Source of the DNA: Fidelibacterota bacterium
GTDB lineage: Bacteria; Fidelibacterota; Marinisomatia; Marinisomatales; S15-B10
Assembly: GCA_046861655.1 (NCBI GenBank)
Contig: JBHIAI010000007.1
Location: 1 to 39,388, forward strand
DNA: 39,388 nt
Reading direction: 5' to 3'
Shown: positions 1 through 8,108 of the stretch, piece after piece
How positions within the stretch are numbered: the stretch's first letter is position 1
How the letters are laid out: every line of letters starts with the position of its first letter
Notes under the pieces: generated by a model
What the model was told of the DNA's origin: nothing
What the model saw: the letters and a program-made list of their open reading frames with translations, nothing else
The model's database searches: none
Position numbers and translations under genes: made by a program

Positions 1-186
1 GTCCAGGGGACTGGCTACATCCGGCACCTCCAGATAGGAACACCGTATGACAGATTCGCCACCGCGTTCCTTTCCGGAAGAGAAATGCAGAACCTGGCTC
101 TCGCCAGCCGGCCGGTCACTGTTCTTCCCAAACAGGGTATGCCCATTCCGGGTGGAATCCGGGAGGGCTACGATCAGATCACACAT
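1..186 (-). CDS. Secernin-like / peptidase C69 family Ntn-hydrolase, N-terminal part only (runs off the window start)
   Basis: Not in the ORF track. Manual translation from ATG at 186 gives MCDLIVALPDSTRNGHTLFGKNSDRPAGESQVLHF, with Cys2 and the FGKNSDRP motif typical of secernin/C69 enzymes. GGAGAG lies upstream. Confidence 0.8.
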   Translation of the reverse strand, partial: MCDLIVALPDSTRNGHTLFGKNSDRPAGESQVLHFSSGKERGGESVIRCSYLEVPDVASPLD

Positions 187-237
187 GATTTCTTTTGACT
201 CTCCCCTTTCGCCCTGGAGAAAACATGACCGGCAACT

Positions 238-1608
238 TCACACCGCAAGCTCTTTCATAAAATCCCCCACCTCGTCCATTTCTTCACACGCGTATATCAT
301 GTCCCGAATGCTTTTTCTGCGGTCGGCGGACAGGATCTGGCGAGCCAGAGAATCGAATTTGACCTCCAGATCCTTTTCCGTCATGGGCTCCCGGGGATCT
401 CCCTTGGGATACTCCAGGTACACCGAACGTTCCAGGCCGTCCCTGGTGCGAATCGTTACGCGGGATGGCTGCTTTTCCGGAAAGAGATCCTCGAAATCTT
501 TGCTGGCTTCTCCCTTGATGGTGTGAATGACTTCCTTCAGGCGGGGATCCTCGATTTTCCCCCGCGAAAAACTGGCAGGGGTGATCTCCCGGTCAAGGAG
601 GGCCCGGGCGATACAATAGGGAAGAGAGTGGTCCGCCGTTTCCCGCGTTTCAGGCTGGTACTTCTGGGGATCGAACAGAATATCGCAGGCTCTGGCAATG
701 GTAGTGACCCTCACCTCTTCGATTTCCTCCGGTTTGATGTCGTTTTCCTTCACCAATTTCAGGGTGGCAGACAGGTGGGTATGGGTGAGGGCCTCCGTGG
801 GAAACGCCTTCATGGAACACTCCAGGATCTTGAACGACTCCCCCAGTCCACCCACAAGTTTTTCCTTGTCCCAGTCCGGTCCCAGGACCTCCAGGAGTCC
901 CTCCTTCCCCTCCACAATGGCTTCCGTTCCCGTGTAGCCTTTCTGGGCAAGAAGGGCGGCGACAACGCCTGCCTGGACGGCCATGGGGTCCACCGTGTTC
1001 TTCATCATGGTGAGCCGACCGGCGGTCACCGCACCCGCCGTGTAATTGTGACTGGCACAAATGCCCATAGCATTGACCATCTGGTCCTCCGTCAGGCCCA
1101 GGACTTTACCGGCAACGATGGGGGATACAAACTGGGTCAACGTGGCGTGGTGCCACTTCCGTTCCCGGATGCCGGGAACGGCGAATTCACACAACCTCAT
1201 CTCAAACTCATACCCTAACACAATGGCGACGATCACCTCTTTCATGGAGGCCTTCATCCGTTCCCCCATTGCCAGAGCGGCTGGGATGAGGTCCGAAGGG
1301 TGGCTGGGGTCCTGTTTCCAGTAGATATCATTGTAGTCCAGGGCACGAATCATGAGGGAGTTCAGGAAAGCCCCGTTGGCCGCCGGCATCCTGTCTCCAA
1401 ACCCTATGACGGTCGCCTCGGGTCTGCCTCCCATGTCCATCATGACCTCCCGGACGATGGTCACATCTTCCGTACGGTAGGCTCCATAGGCACACCCCAG
1501 GGAATCGTAAAGAAACCGCTTCACCTCGTGAACGACTTCCTGTGGAAGGTCTTCATACGTCAGCTCCACGCTGAACCGGGCCATGATTCTTGATAAGGAA
1601 TCGGTCAT
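238..1608 (-). CDS. prpD: MmgE/PrpD family dehydratase (2-methylcitrate dehydratase-like)
   Basis: 456 aa; motifs DSLGC, RALDYND, SHPSD, KAFP, ETADHSLPY, PKGDPREPM. Family is secure, substrate is not. Confidence 0.85.
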   Translation of the reverse strand: MTDSLSRIMARFSVELTYEDLPQEVVHEVKRFLYDSLGCAYGAYRTEDVTIVREVMMDMGGRPEATVIGFGDRMPAANGAFLNSLMIRALDYNDIYWKQDPSHPSDLIPAALAMGERMKASMKEVIVAIVLGYEFEMRLCEFAVPGIRERKWHHATLTQFVSPIVAGKVLGLTEDQMVNAMGICASHNYTAGAVTAGRLTMMKNTVDPMAVQAGVVAALLAQKGYTGTEAIVEGKEGLLEVLGPDWDKEKLVGGLGESFKILECSMKAFPTEALTHTHLSATLKLVKENDIKPEEIEEVRVTTIARACDILFDPQKYQPETRETADHSLPYCIARALLDREITPASFSRGKIEDPRLKEVIHTIKGEASKDFEDLFPEKQPSRVTIRTRDGLERSVYLEYPKGDPREPMTEKDLEVKFDSLARQILSADRRKSIRDMIYACEEMDEVGDFMKELAV

Positions 1609-1617
1609 GACGACTTC

Positions 1618-2736
1618 TCAGAAGTGAGAAACAACGGCTTCTGCAACCTCAAGACTGGTATTGTCCCCTCCCACGTCATAAGTCCTCACTTTTCCTTCCG
1701 CGATGACCTGGGCCACTCCCTTTTCCAGTCTGGCCGCCTTGTCCGTCTCCCCCAACCATTCCAGCATCATCCGTGCAGTCAGGATCATGGCAGTGGGATT
1801 GACCTTATACTGCCCCGCGTATTTCGGTGCCGAACCGTGGGTGGGCTCGAAAACGGCATAGGTATCCCCTATGTTGGCGCTGCAGGCGAATCCCAGTCCC
1901 CCTACCAGCTGGGCAGACAAGTCGGACAGGATATCCCCAAACATGTTCTCGGCCACAAGAATCTCAAAGTCCTGGGGATTTTTCACCAGCCACATGCACT
2001 GGGCGTCGATATTGGTTTCTTTCAGCTCAATATCCGGGTAGTCTTTTGCCACCTCCCTGGCGGTGCGGATCATGAGCCCTCCCGTTTCTCTCAACACGTT
2101 CGGCTTGTCCACCACGGTCACAGTTTTCCGGCCCGTCTTTCTTGCATAATCGAACCCCTGGGTAACGATATTCCTGCAGGCCTGCCGGCTCATGATGCGA
2201 CTGGACAGGGCGACATTCTCCATCCCGAACGCCCGGAACTTCTTCGCCTTGGGATGATGTCTGTCCAGGACGTCGAATACTTCCTGGGGGAGTGGGAAGA
2301 ATTCCACACCGCTGTACAGTCCTTCCGTGTTTTCTCGGAATATTACGATGTCGATGTCGTCCCGGTAATTGAGGGGATTGCCGGCGTACGCCTTGCACGG
2401 TCTTATGTTGGTATGAAGGTTGAATTCCTGTCTGAGCTGCACGATGGGACTGAAATAGACATATCCTTTTCCCCGAAGTTCGGGGTTCAGCTCTTCAGCC
2501 GCTTCCTCTTTCGGCTTGGATGTAATGGCCCCGAACAGAGCGCAGTCTGTTTCCCGCATCAGTGCCTTAGTCCGGTCCGGAAGGGCGTTCCCTTCCGACT
2601 TCCAGAATTCCCATCCGATGTCTCCATCAATGTAGTCTGCGTCAAATTCCAGGGCGTCCAGCACCCGCCGGGCGCATTCCATCACATCATGGCCCACCCC
2701 GTCACCGGGAAGCCAGGCCACTCGATACTTAGCCAT
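1618..2736 (-). CDS. Isocitrate/isopropylmalate/homoisocitrate dehydrogenase family beta-decarboxylating dehydrogenase
   Basis: 372 aa; PGDGVG, SPIVQLR, NIRP, RENTEGLY, KPNV, NMFGDILSD, FEPTHGSAPKYAG, NPTAMIL. Confidence 0.9.
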   Translation of the reverse strand: MAKYRVAWLPGDGVGHDVMECARRVLDALEFDADYIDGDIGWEFWKSEGNALPDRTKALMRETDCALFGAITSKPKEEAAEELNPELRGKGYVYFSPIVQLRQEFNLHTNIRPCKAYAGNPLNYRDDIDIVIFRENTEGLYSGVEFFPLPQEVFDVLDRHHPKAKKFRAFGMENVALSSRIMSRQACRNIVTQGFDYARKTGRKTVTVVDKPNVLRETGGLMIRTAREVAKDYPDIELKETNIDAQCMWLVKNPQDFEILVAENMFGDILSDLSAQLVGGLGFACSANIGDTYAVFEPTHGSAPKYAGQYKVNPTAMILTARMMLEWLGETDKAARLEKGVAQVIAEGKVRTYDVGGDNTSLEVAEAVVSHF

Positions 2737-2753
2737 ACGTCATCTCCACGTGT

Positions 2754-3935
2754 TCAGAAACTGTGAACGGGTGAAATGATCCCAACCTCGTTCTCAAACT
2801 CCGGAAATCTTTCGCCCAGCGACCTCGAAAACGCCGATTGCAGCCCTTTCCGGTCGCCCTCTGGCAGGTGACGCCCAAGGGCCAATTTCACCAATATGAG
2901 TTTATGGTGCCTCGCCATGACAACACGCAAATCGTGAAAAGAACGGACATCGGGATACAGTTCCATCAAGTCGGTGAGAACCTGTTTGACCTTCTGGGCC
3001 TCCAGACCGCTGGTGGTCACCGGATCCACATGTACGGTGACGTGGGCATGAAGGTCCTTGGTGATGGCCCGTGTCACGCTGCTGGCCATATCATGGGCCC
3101 GTATTTGACTCGCCCCTTGGTCCACCTCCATGTGAAGGGAAATATACCGGGTCGCACCGTACGAGTGCACCACAATGTGGTGGACATCCACCACCCCATC
3201 GATGCCCCGGGCTGTCCGGCGAATTCTTTCCACCACCTCAGGACCGGGAGCGACCCCAAGGAGGGTCCAGATGGCGTCCCGGCCGAGGGAAAACCCCACC
3301 CAAACGATAAAGAAGCCGACGCCCATCCCCAGAACACCGTCCCAGACCACCCACCCCCTGTTAGCCAGGGCCATGGACGCAAGGGGAGCCAGGGACGAAA
3401 ACACGTCAGACCGATGGTGCCAGGCGTCAGCCACAAGGACGTCGGAATCAATCAGACGGCCCAAGCTTCGGGAAAACCGGGCCATCAGCTCCTTCACTCC
3501 CGCCGTTACCAGGAGGATACCGAACATCAAGGGACTGGCATTCACAATGCCCGGCGATTGAATGCGTCCCAGGGACGAACGGATGAATTCCGCACCACCC
3601 ACAACAACGAGCATGGAGAGAATCAAGGTGCCGATGTACTCAGCCCTCCCGTGGCCGTAGGGGTGTTCTTCATCCCCGGGCTTGCTGGACACCTTGAAAA
3701 CGAAGATGAGACCGAAAGAGGTTACACTGTCTGCCAGAGTGTGAAAGGCGTCGGCCAGGAGGGCTATACTTTGAATGGCCAGGGCCATGACCATTTTTGC
3801 GGCGAACATGAGGAGGTTCAGCACACCCGAAAGAATACCCTCAAGCAGGCCCACCTTTCGCCGGGCAGCCAGAGAAGAAAAATCCGAAATATCAGGAAAG
3901 AGGGCGACCACCAGTCTGGAGGAGTTACCCCTCAC
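2754..3935 (-). CDS. Cation diffusion facilitator (FieF-like) transporter
   Basis: [33 protein letters not shown], plus C-terminal dimerisation domain(s). Start moved from 3962 to the GTG at 3935, which overlaps the upstream TGA (GTGA coupling). Confidence 0.88.
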   Translation of the reverse strand: MRGNSSRLVVALFPDISDFSSLAARRKVGLLEGILSGVLNLLMFAAKMVMALAIQSIALLADAFHTLADSVTSFGLIFVFKVSSKPGDEEHPYGHGRAEYIGTLILSMLVVVGGAEFIRSSLGRIQSPGIVNASPLMFGILLVTAGVKELMARFSRSLGRLIDSDVLVADAWHHRSDVFSSLAPLASMALANRGWVVWDGVLGMGVGFFIVWVGFSLGRDAIWTLLGVAPGPEVVERIRRTARGIDGVVDVHHIVVHSYGATRYISLHMEVDQGASQIRAHDMASSVTRAITKDLHAHVTVHVDPVTTSGLEAQKVKQVLTDLMELYPDVRSFHDLRVVMARHHKLILVKLALGRHLPEGDRKGLQSAFSRSLGERFPEFENEVGIISPVHSF

Positions 3936-5926
3936 GGATTGAGAAGCCTTTCCTTCACCCACTTTTCCAATCCACCTGACAGGATGAGCTCCTGGGCCGT
4001 GGTTCCCACGGCCTTGAAAGGAAAAGATGATTCCTCCACGTGAATAGCGGCCTGTACAAAATCGATTCTTGCCTGAAGGCCAGTCCGGACCGTCAACGAT
4101 TTCTCTCCGAAACGATCCTTAAGATGGCGCACCAGATCGGGGGCATCCAGGGGAAGGAAGCCGTTGTTGATGGCGTTTCGTTTATATGTTGCGCTGAAGG
4201 ACCCCCCTACCACCAGCCGGATTCCACAGTGCAAAAGAGCCGTGGCCGCCTGCTCCCGGGAACTCCCAGTCCCGAAGTTGAATCCCCCTACCAGAATGTC
4301 TCCCGGATTAACCTTCTGGACAAATTCCGGATCATAGTTCTCCATGGCGACTTGAGCTTGTTGCTCTTCCGTGAAATCATCCATGTAGGTATACTTTCCC
4401 GGGAAAATGCCATCCGTGTTGAGATTGTCCTGATGGCAGAACAGTAGCTCCCCTTCAATGTGGTCAGGGAACCCTTTGAGAAGCTCCATCCGGCCGCTCT
4501 CTTTTCTCCCATTTTCTTGGGTTTTGATATCCCAGACCGGTTCCGCCGTGTCGTATTCTTGAGGGCTCGCGATCTTCCCCGCCACCGCGGAGGCCGCCAC
4601 CACCGCCGGGGATGCAAGATAAGCCCGGGCTTCCCGGGAACCCATCCGGCCCTTGAAATTCCGGTTCGTGGCGGAAATCCCCACCTCTCCCGGTTCCAGC
4701 AGTCCCACACCCAGTCCGATACAAGGTCCGCATCCGGGTGGAAGGGGAACGGCCCCGGCCTGGACCAGGTCTGTCCAGTCGCCTCTATTCTCACTTTCCG
4801 CCTGTACCTCACTGGAGGCGGCGGCAATGTAGAACTCCACCGTGGGCGCAACTTTCTTCCCCCGGATCACGCGGGCAGCCTGAGCCAGGTCGTCAACCCG
4901 GCTGTTGACGCACGACACCAGATACGCTTTGTCAATGCGGATGTTTTGCTTTTCAATTTCCGTGACCGTGCTCATGACCTTGACGTGATCCGGACCGGAG
5001 ACGTGAGGCCGGACGGAGGTGAGATCGAGAAACAGCTCCTTGGCGTAGGAGGCATCGGGATCTGCCTGTAACGGTGACGTTTCCAAATCATCCATTCTCT
5101 TGTCATTCAGGCGAGGATGCTCGAAGCTATCTTTGGTACCCGGCTGAACACCCTGGGGAGCCCGGCGACTCACGAATTCCACCCGTGTTCGGAGCCAGCG
5201 TATGGTCACCTCATCTATGGGAAACAGCCCTACCAGTACTCCCCATTCGGTGGTCATGTTGGCGATGGTCAACCGGTCATCGATGGCCAGTTGTCCGATG
5301 CCGTCCCCGGTAAATTCCACCGCATGGTTGAGCACTTCATCCTGGTTGAAAAGACCGCACAGGGTCACAATCACATCCTTCCCCGCCACCCCAGGGGGGA
5401 GTTTCCCCTGAAGTTCCACCCTGGAAACCGGGGGGACCTGCCACCAGGTCTGCCCCGTGGCCCAAAGAGCGGCAGCGTCGGTGCGAACCACGGGTGTACC
5501 CAGACACCCCAGACCGCCGTACATATTGGCATGACTGTCCGAAGCCACCACCATGGTCCCGGGCCAGGCATACCCCTCTTCGCACATGATCTGGTGGCCG
5601 ATTCCCCGGCCAGCAGGATAGAAATCCACACCCATTTCGTCCGCAAATTCCTCAATCCTCCGGTACTTCAAAAGGTTCTCTTCACCCCTGTTCTGAATGT
5701 CGTGATCCAGGGTGAAAACGGCTTGAGCGGGATCGAACAGACTGGTGGCGCCGATCCGGTTGAATTTGGGAATGACGGCACCGGTGTTATCGTGGGTCAT
5801 CACGTAAGACGGCCGGATGAACACATAGTCCCCACTGTGTACTGTCTGACCCGTCCTGAGCCCCACGGCAAAACGCTGGACAATCTTCTCTACCAGCGTC
5901 TGGTTACCGGATGCTCCATGCATCAT
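3932..5926 (-). CDS. lysF: Single-chain homoaconitase (fungal Lys4/LysF type; large and swivel domains fused)
   Basis: 664 aa; MTHDN, LDHDIQN, GIGHQ, ASDSH, [4Fe-4S] ligands LVSCVNSR and [19 protein letters not shown]; swivel domain [13 protein letters not shown] and NFGTGSSRE. Confidence 0.85.
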   Translation of the reverse strand: MMHGASGNQTLVEKIVQRFAVGLRTGQTVHSGDYVFIRPSYVMTHDNTGAVIPKFNRIGATSLFDPAQAVFTLDHDIQNRGEENLLKYRRIEEFADEMGVDFYPAGRGIGHQIMCEEGYAWPGTMVVASDSHANMYGGLGCLGTPVVRTDAAALWATGQTWWQVPPVSRVELQGKLPPGVAGKDVIVTLCGLFNQDEVLNHAVEFTGDGIGQLAIDDRLTIANMTTEWGVLVGLFPIDEVTIRWLRTRVEFVSRRAPQGVQPGTKDSFEHPRLNDKRMDDLETSPLQADPDASYAKELFLDLTSVRPHVSGPDHVKVMSTVTEIEKQNIRIDKAYLVSCVNSRVDDLAQAARVIRGKKVAPTVEFYIAAASSEVQAESENRGDWTDLVQAGAVPLPPGCGPCIGLGVGLLEPGEVGISATNRNFKGRMGSREARAYLASPAVVAASAVAGKIASPQEYDTAEPVWDIKTQENGRKESGRMELLKGFPDHIEGELLFCHQDNLNTDGIFPGKYTYMDDFTEEQQAQVAMENYDPEFVQKVNPGDILVGGFNFGTGSSREQAATALLHCGIRLVVGGSFSATYKRNAINNGFLPLDAPDLVRHLKDRFGEKSLTVRTGLQARIDFVQAAIHVEESSFPFKAVGTTAQELILSGGLEKWVKERLLNP

Positions 5927-5968
5927 ACTGGATCCTGGAAGCTCAATTCGCCTGGCGGAATCCGTGGT

Positions 5969-6502
5969 TCAGCTTTTGAACGGTTCGAAGGAGACGAAAT
6001 CCGCGTGATGGGCGATGATGGATTCCACGGTCCTCTTTCCGAGCTCACCCTCGGAAGAATGGGTGGCGATGATATGCTGCACCTCAGGGGAAAGATCGAA
6101 CCGATCGGCCAGGGCAACCCCGCTGAAGGGGTGCCTTAATAGTCTTCCCTCGTTAGTCGTGGCCAGCTTGCCTCCGGCCGTTTTGTATTCCAGGACCTTT
6201 CCCACATCCATCAGGATGGCCCCTGCGATCAGGATGTCCATGTCAATTTCGATTTCATCACCAAAATTCTGCTTCATGATCTTTGCCATTTCCACCGCCA
6301 GATGTACTGTGGTGCGCTTGTGATTCATGAACGAAATCTTGCAGTCCTTGATCAGAAGAGAAAAGGGAATGTTCCTGAGATCATCGGCACCCAGGGTACT
6401 CCTTTCGAGTGCGTAGGCCCAGCACCGGGTTACCTTCTCCCTGAGGTCCCTGTCCTCAATCCATTCGATCTCAGGCCATAGTTCGAGGATTTCTTTGCTC
6501 AT
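5969..6502 (-). CDS. HD-superfamily phosphohydrolase-like protein with a variant HD doublet (MD)
   Basis: 177 aa; NH...GAILMDVGK...RHPFSG...IIATHS...HHAD follows HD/HDIG spacing. GGAG RBS upstream. Confidence 0.75.
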   Translation of the reverse strand: MSKEILELWPEIEWIEDRDLREKVTRCWAYALERSTLGADDLRNIPFSLLIKDCKISFMNHKRTTVHLAVEMAKIMKQNFGDEIEIDMDILIAGAILMDVGKVLEYKTAGGKLATTNEGRLLRHPFSGVALADRFDLSPEVQHIIATHSSEGELGKRTVESIIAHHADFVSFEPFKS

Positions 6503-6515
6503 GAGTTCTCCTCTC

Positions 6516-8108
6516 TTAGGCCGGCCCGGGGTTTACAGGCTTTAGGCCTCTTACCCTGTGGATGGAGTCCAAAACGGTCCCATCCACCCACTTGGTCACA
6601 CCGATAATCTTATCCGTCACATCCGGCTTCTGGGGAGGACCTCCGCAGAGCTCCTCCACTTCCTCCTTGATCTCGCGGATATCCCGGATGGGAAGACGGC
6701 TGTTTCGAGTGGCCTTGATCAAATCGTCCCGCCGGGGATTGATGGCGACGCCCCTTTCAGTCACCACCACATCCACAAGCTCTCCCGGGCCGCACAGGGT
6801 GGTGACCTCGTCCACCAGGATGGGAATCCGGTTTCTGAAGGAGGGAATGGCCAGAATGGTGCATCCGCTGAACAGGCAATTCTGCCAGCCCCCGATGCCG
6901 TGAAGCAGGATTCCATCCGAATGAGTGACCACGTTGGCATTGAACTGGACATCCACCTCCGTAGCGCCCAACACGGCCACATCCACCATGGTTGAGAAGT
7001 TTCCCTTTCCGTGCCAGTTGTACGATGTAAAAGGGGAGGTGTTGATATGGTTGGGATTCTCCCGCATGGAACGGACCCCGTGCAGATCGAAGGTTTGGCC
7101 GTCCAGAATGTAGTCGGTGAGACCCTCCTCAAGCATCTCCACCAAGTATCGTGTGGATCCTCCCCGGATGAACCTGGCCTTGACTCCCGCTTTTTTCATC
7201 AACTCCTTCAGGTATGCGGCAAACGCCAGTGCGGTGCCTCCGGCCCCTGCCTGGAAACTGAACCCGTCAGCCATGATGCCCGCTTCCCGAATGAACCTTG
7301 CCGTCAATTCCGCGATGTGGAGACGATCGGGAGACCGGGTCAGGCGGGTGGTCCCCGAAACAATCTTTTCCGGATCCCCTATACGGTCCATCACCACGAC
7401 GAAATCCACATTCTGCCCCTGGATCTGCCAGGGGACGCAGGGGAAGGGCACGAGATTGTCCGTGACCACGATAACTCGGTCGGCGTAGAGGGAATCGACC
7501 AGCCCGAATCCGAGAAGACCGCAGGCGGAGGGCCCGCGGTCTCCCGTGGCGTTTCCGAAGGAATCTGCCGTGGGAGCCGCCAGTATGGCAATGTCGATGT
7601 GGACTTCCCCATCCTGAACCGCCTGCCATCGACCCCCGTGGCTCCGGAGGACGGCCTTCCCGCCCATGCCCCCCGCGGATGCAAACCGGCCCAAGGGACC
7701 ATTGAGAGACCCTTCCACCCAGCTCACCACACCCTTTTTCATGTGGTCAATGACAGGTTCGTGACATGGAAATGACGCTGAAGGGAACCATCGCACTCCT
7801 CTAATCCCCATCCGGGACATGACCTCAAAAACCTGGTTCATCAACAGGTCCCCGTTTCGAAAATGGTGGTGGGAGGAGACCGTCATACCGTCCTTCAGTC
7901 CACAGGCCTCCAGGGCCTCCCGGAGCGAAGGCACCAGTTTATTCCCATCGGACGGGTAGTCCGAGCAGGTCTGGATCGGGAGGGCGGCTTGGGAACCGGA
8001 GGGCCGGTGTTTCCCCACCCCCTTGAACGGAACCTGCGGTACACCGTTCACCCGGGCCGGCACCTGCCGGCCCGCCGCATTGGTGACCATGTCCTCTGCC
8101 CGGGTCAA
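6516..8108 (-). CDS. citF: Citrate lyase alpha subunit-like (family II CoA/ACP transferase)
   Basis: 530 aa; GLKDGMTVSSHHHFRNGD, RSHGGR, GFSFQAGAGG, EVDVQFNANV, VVVTERGVAINPRR, DGTVLDSI. The TTG start overlaps the upstream TGA. Confidence 0.88.
   Translation of the reverse strand: MTRAEDMVTNAAGRQVPARVNGVPQVPFKGVGKHRPSGSQAALPIQTCSDYPSDGNKLVPSLREALEACGLKDGMTVSSHHHFRNGDLLMNQVFEVMSRMGIRGVRWFPSASFPCHEPVIDHMKKGVVSWVEGSLNGPLGRFASAGGMGGKAVLRSHGGRWQAVQDGEVHIDIAILAAPTADSFGNATGDRGPSACGLLGFGLVDSLYADRVIVVTDNLVPFPCVPWQIQGQNVDFVVVMDRIGDPEKIVSGTTRLTRSPDRLHIAELTARFIREAGIMADGFSFQAGAGGTALAFAAYLKELMKKAGVKARFIRGGSTRYLVEMLEEGLTDYILDGQTFDLHGVRSMRENPNHINTSPFTSYNWHGKGNFSTMVDVAVLGATEVDVQFNANVVTHSDGILLHGIGGWQNCLFSGCTILAIPSFRNRIPILVDEVTTLCGPGELVDVVVTERGVAINPRRDDLIKATRNSRLPIRDIREIKEEVEELCGGPPQKPDVTDKIIGVTKWVDGTVLDSIHRVRGLKPVNPGPA

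Noticed and set aside
238..5926. Standard methylcitrate (prp), leucine (leuBCD) or lysine AAA biosynthetic operon
   Set aside because: No prpB/prpC, leuA, homocitrate synthase or lysW-pathway genes are in the window. The dehydratase is Lys4-like and the dehydrogenase lacks the NAD-type DI motif. Those genes could still exist elsewhere in the genome.
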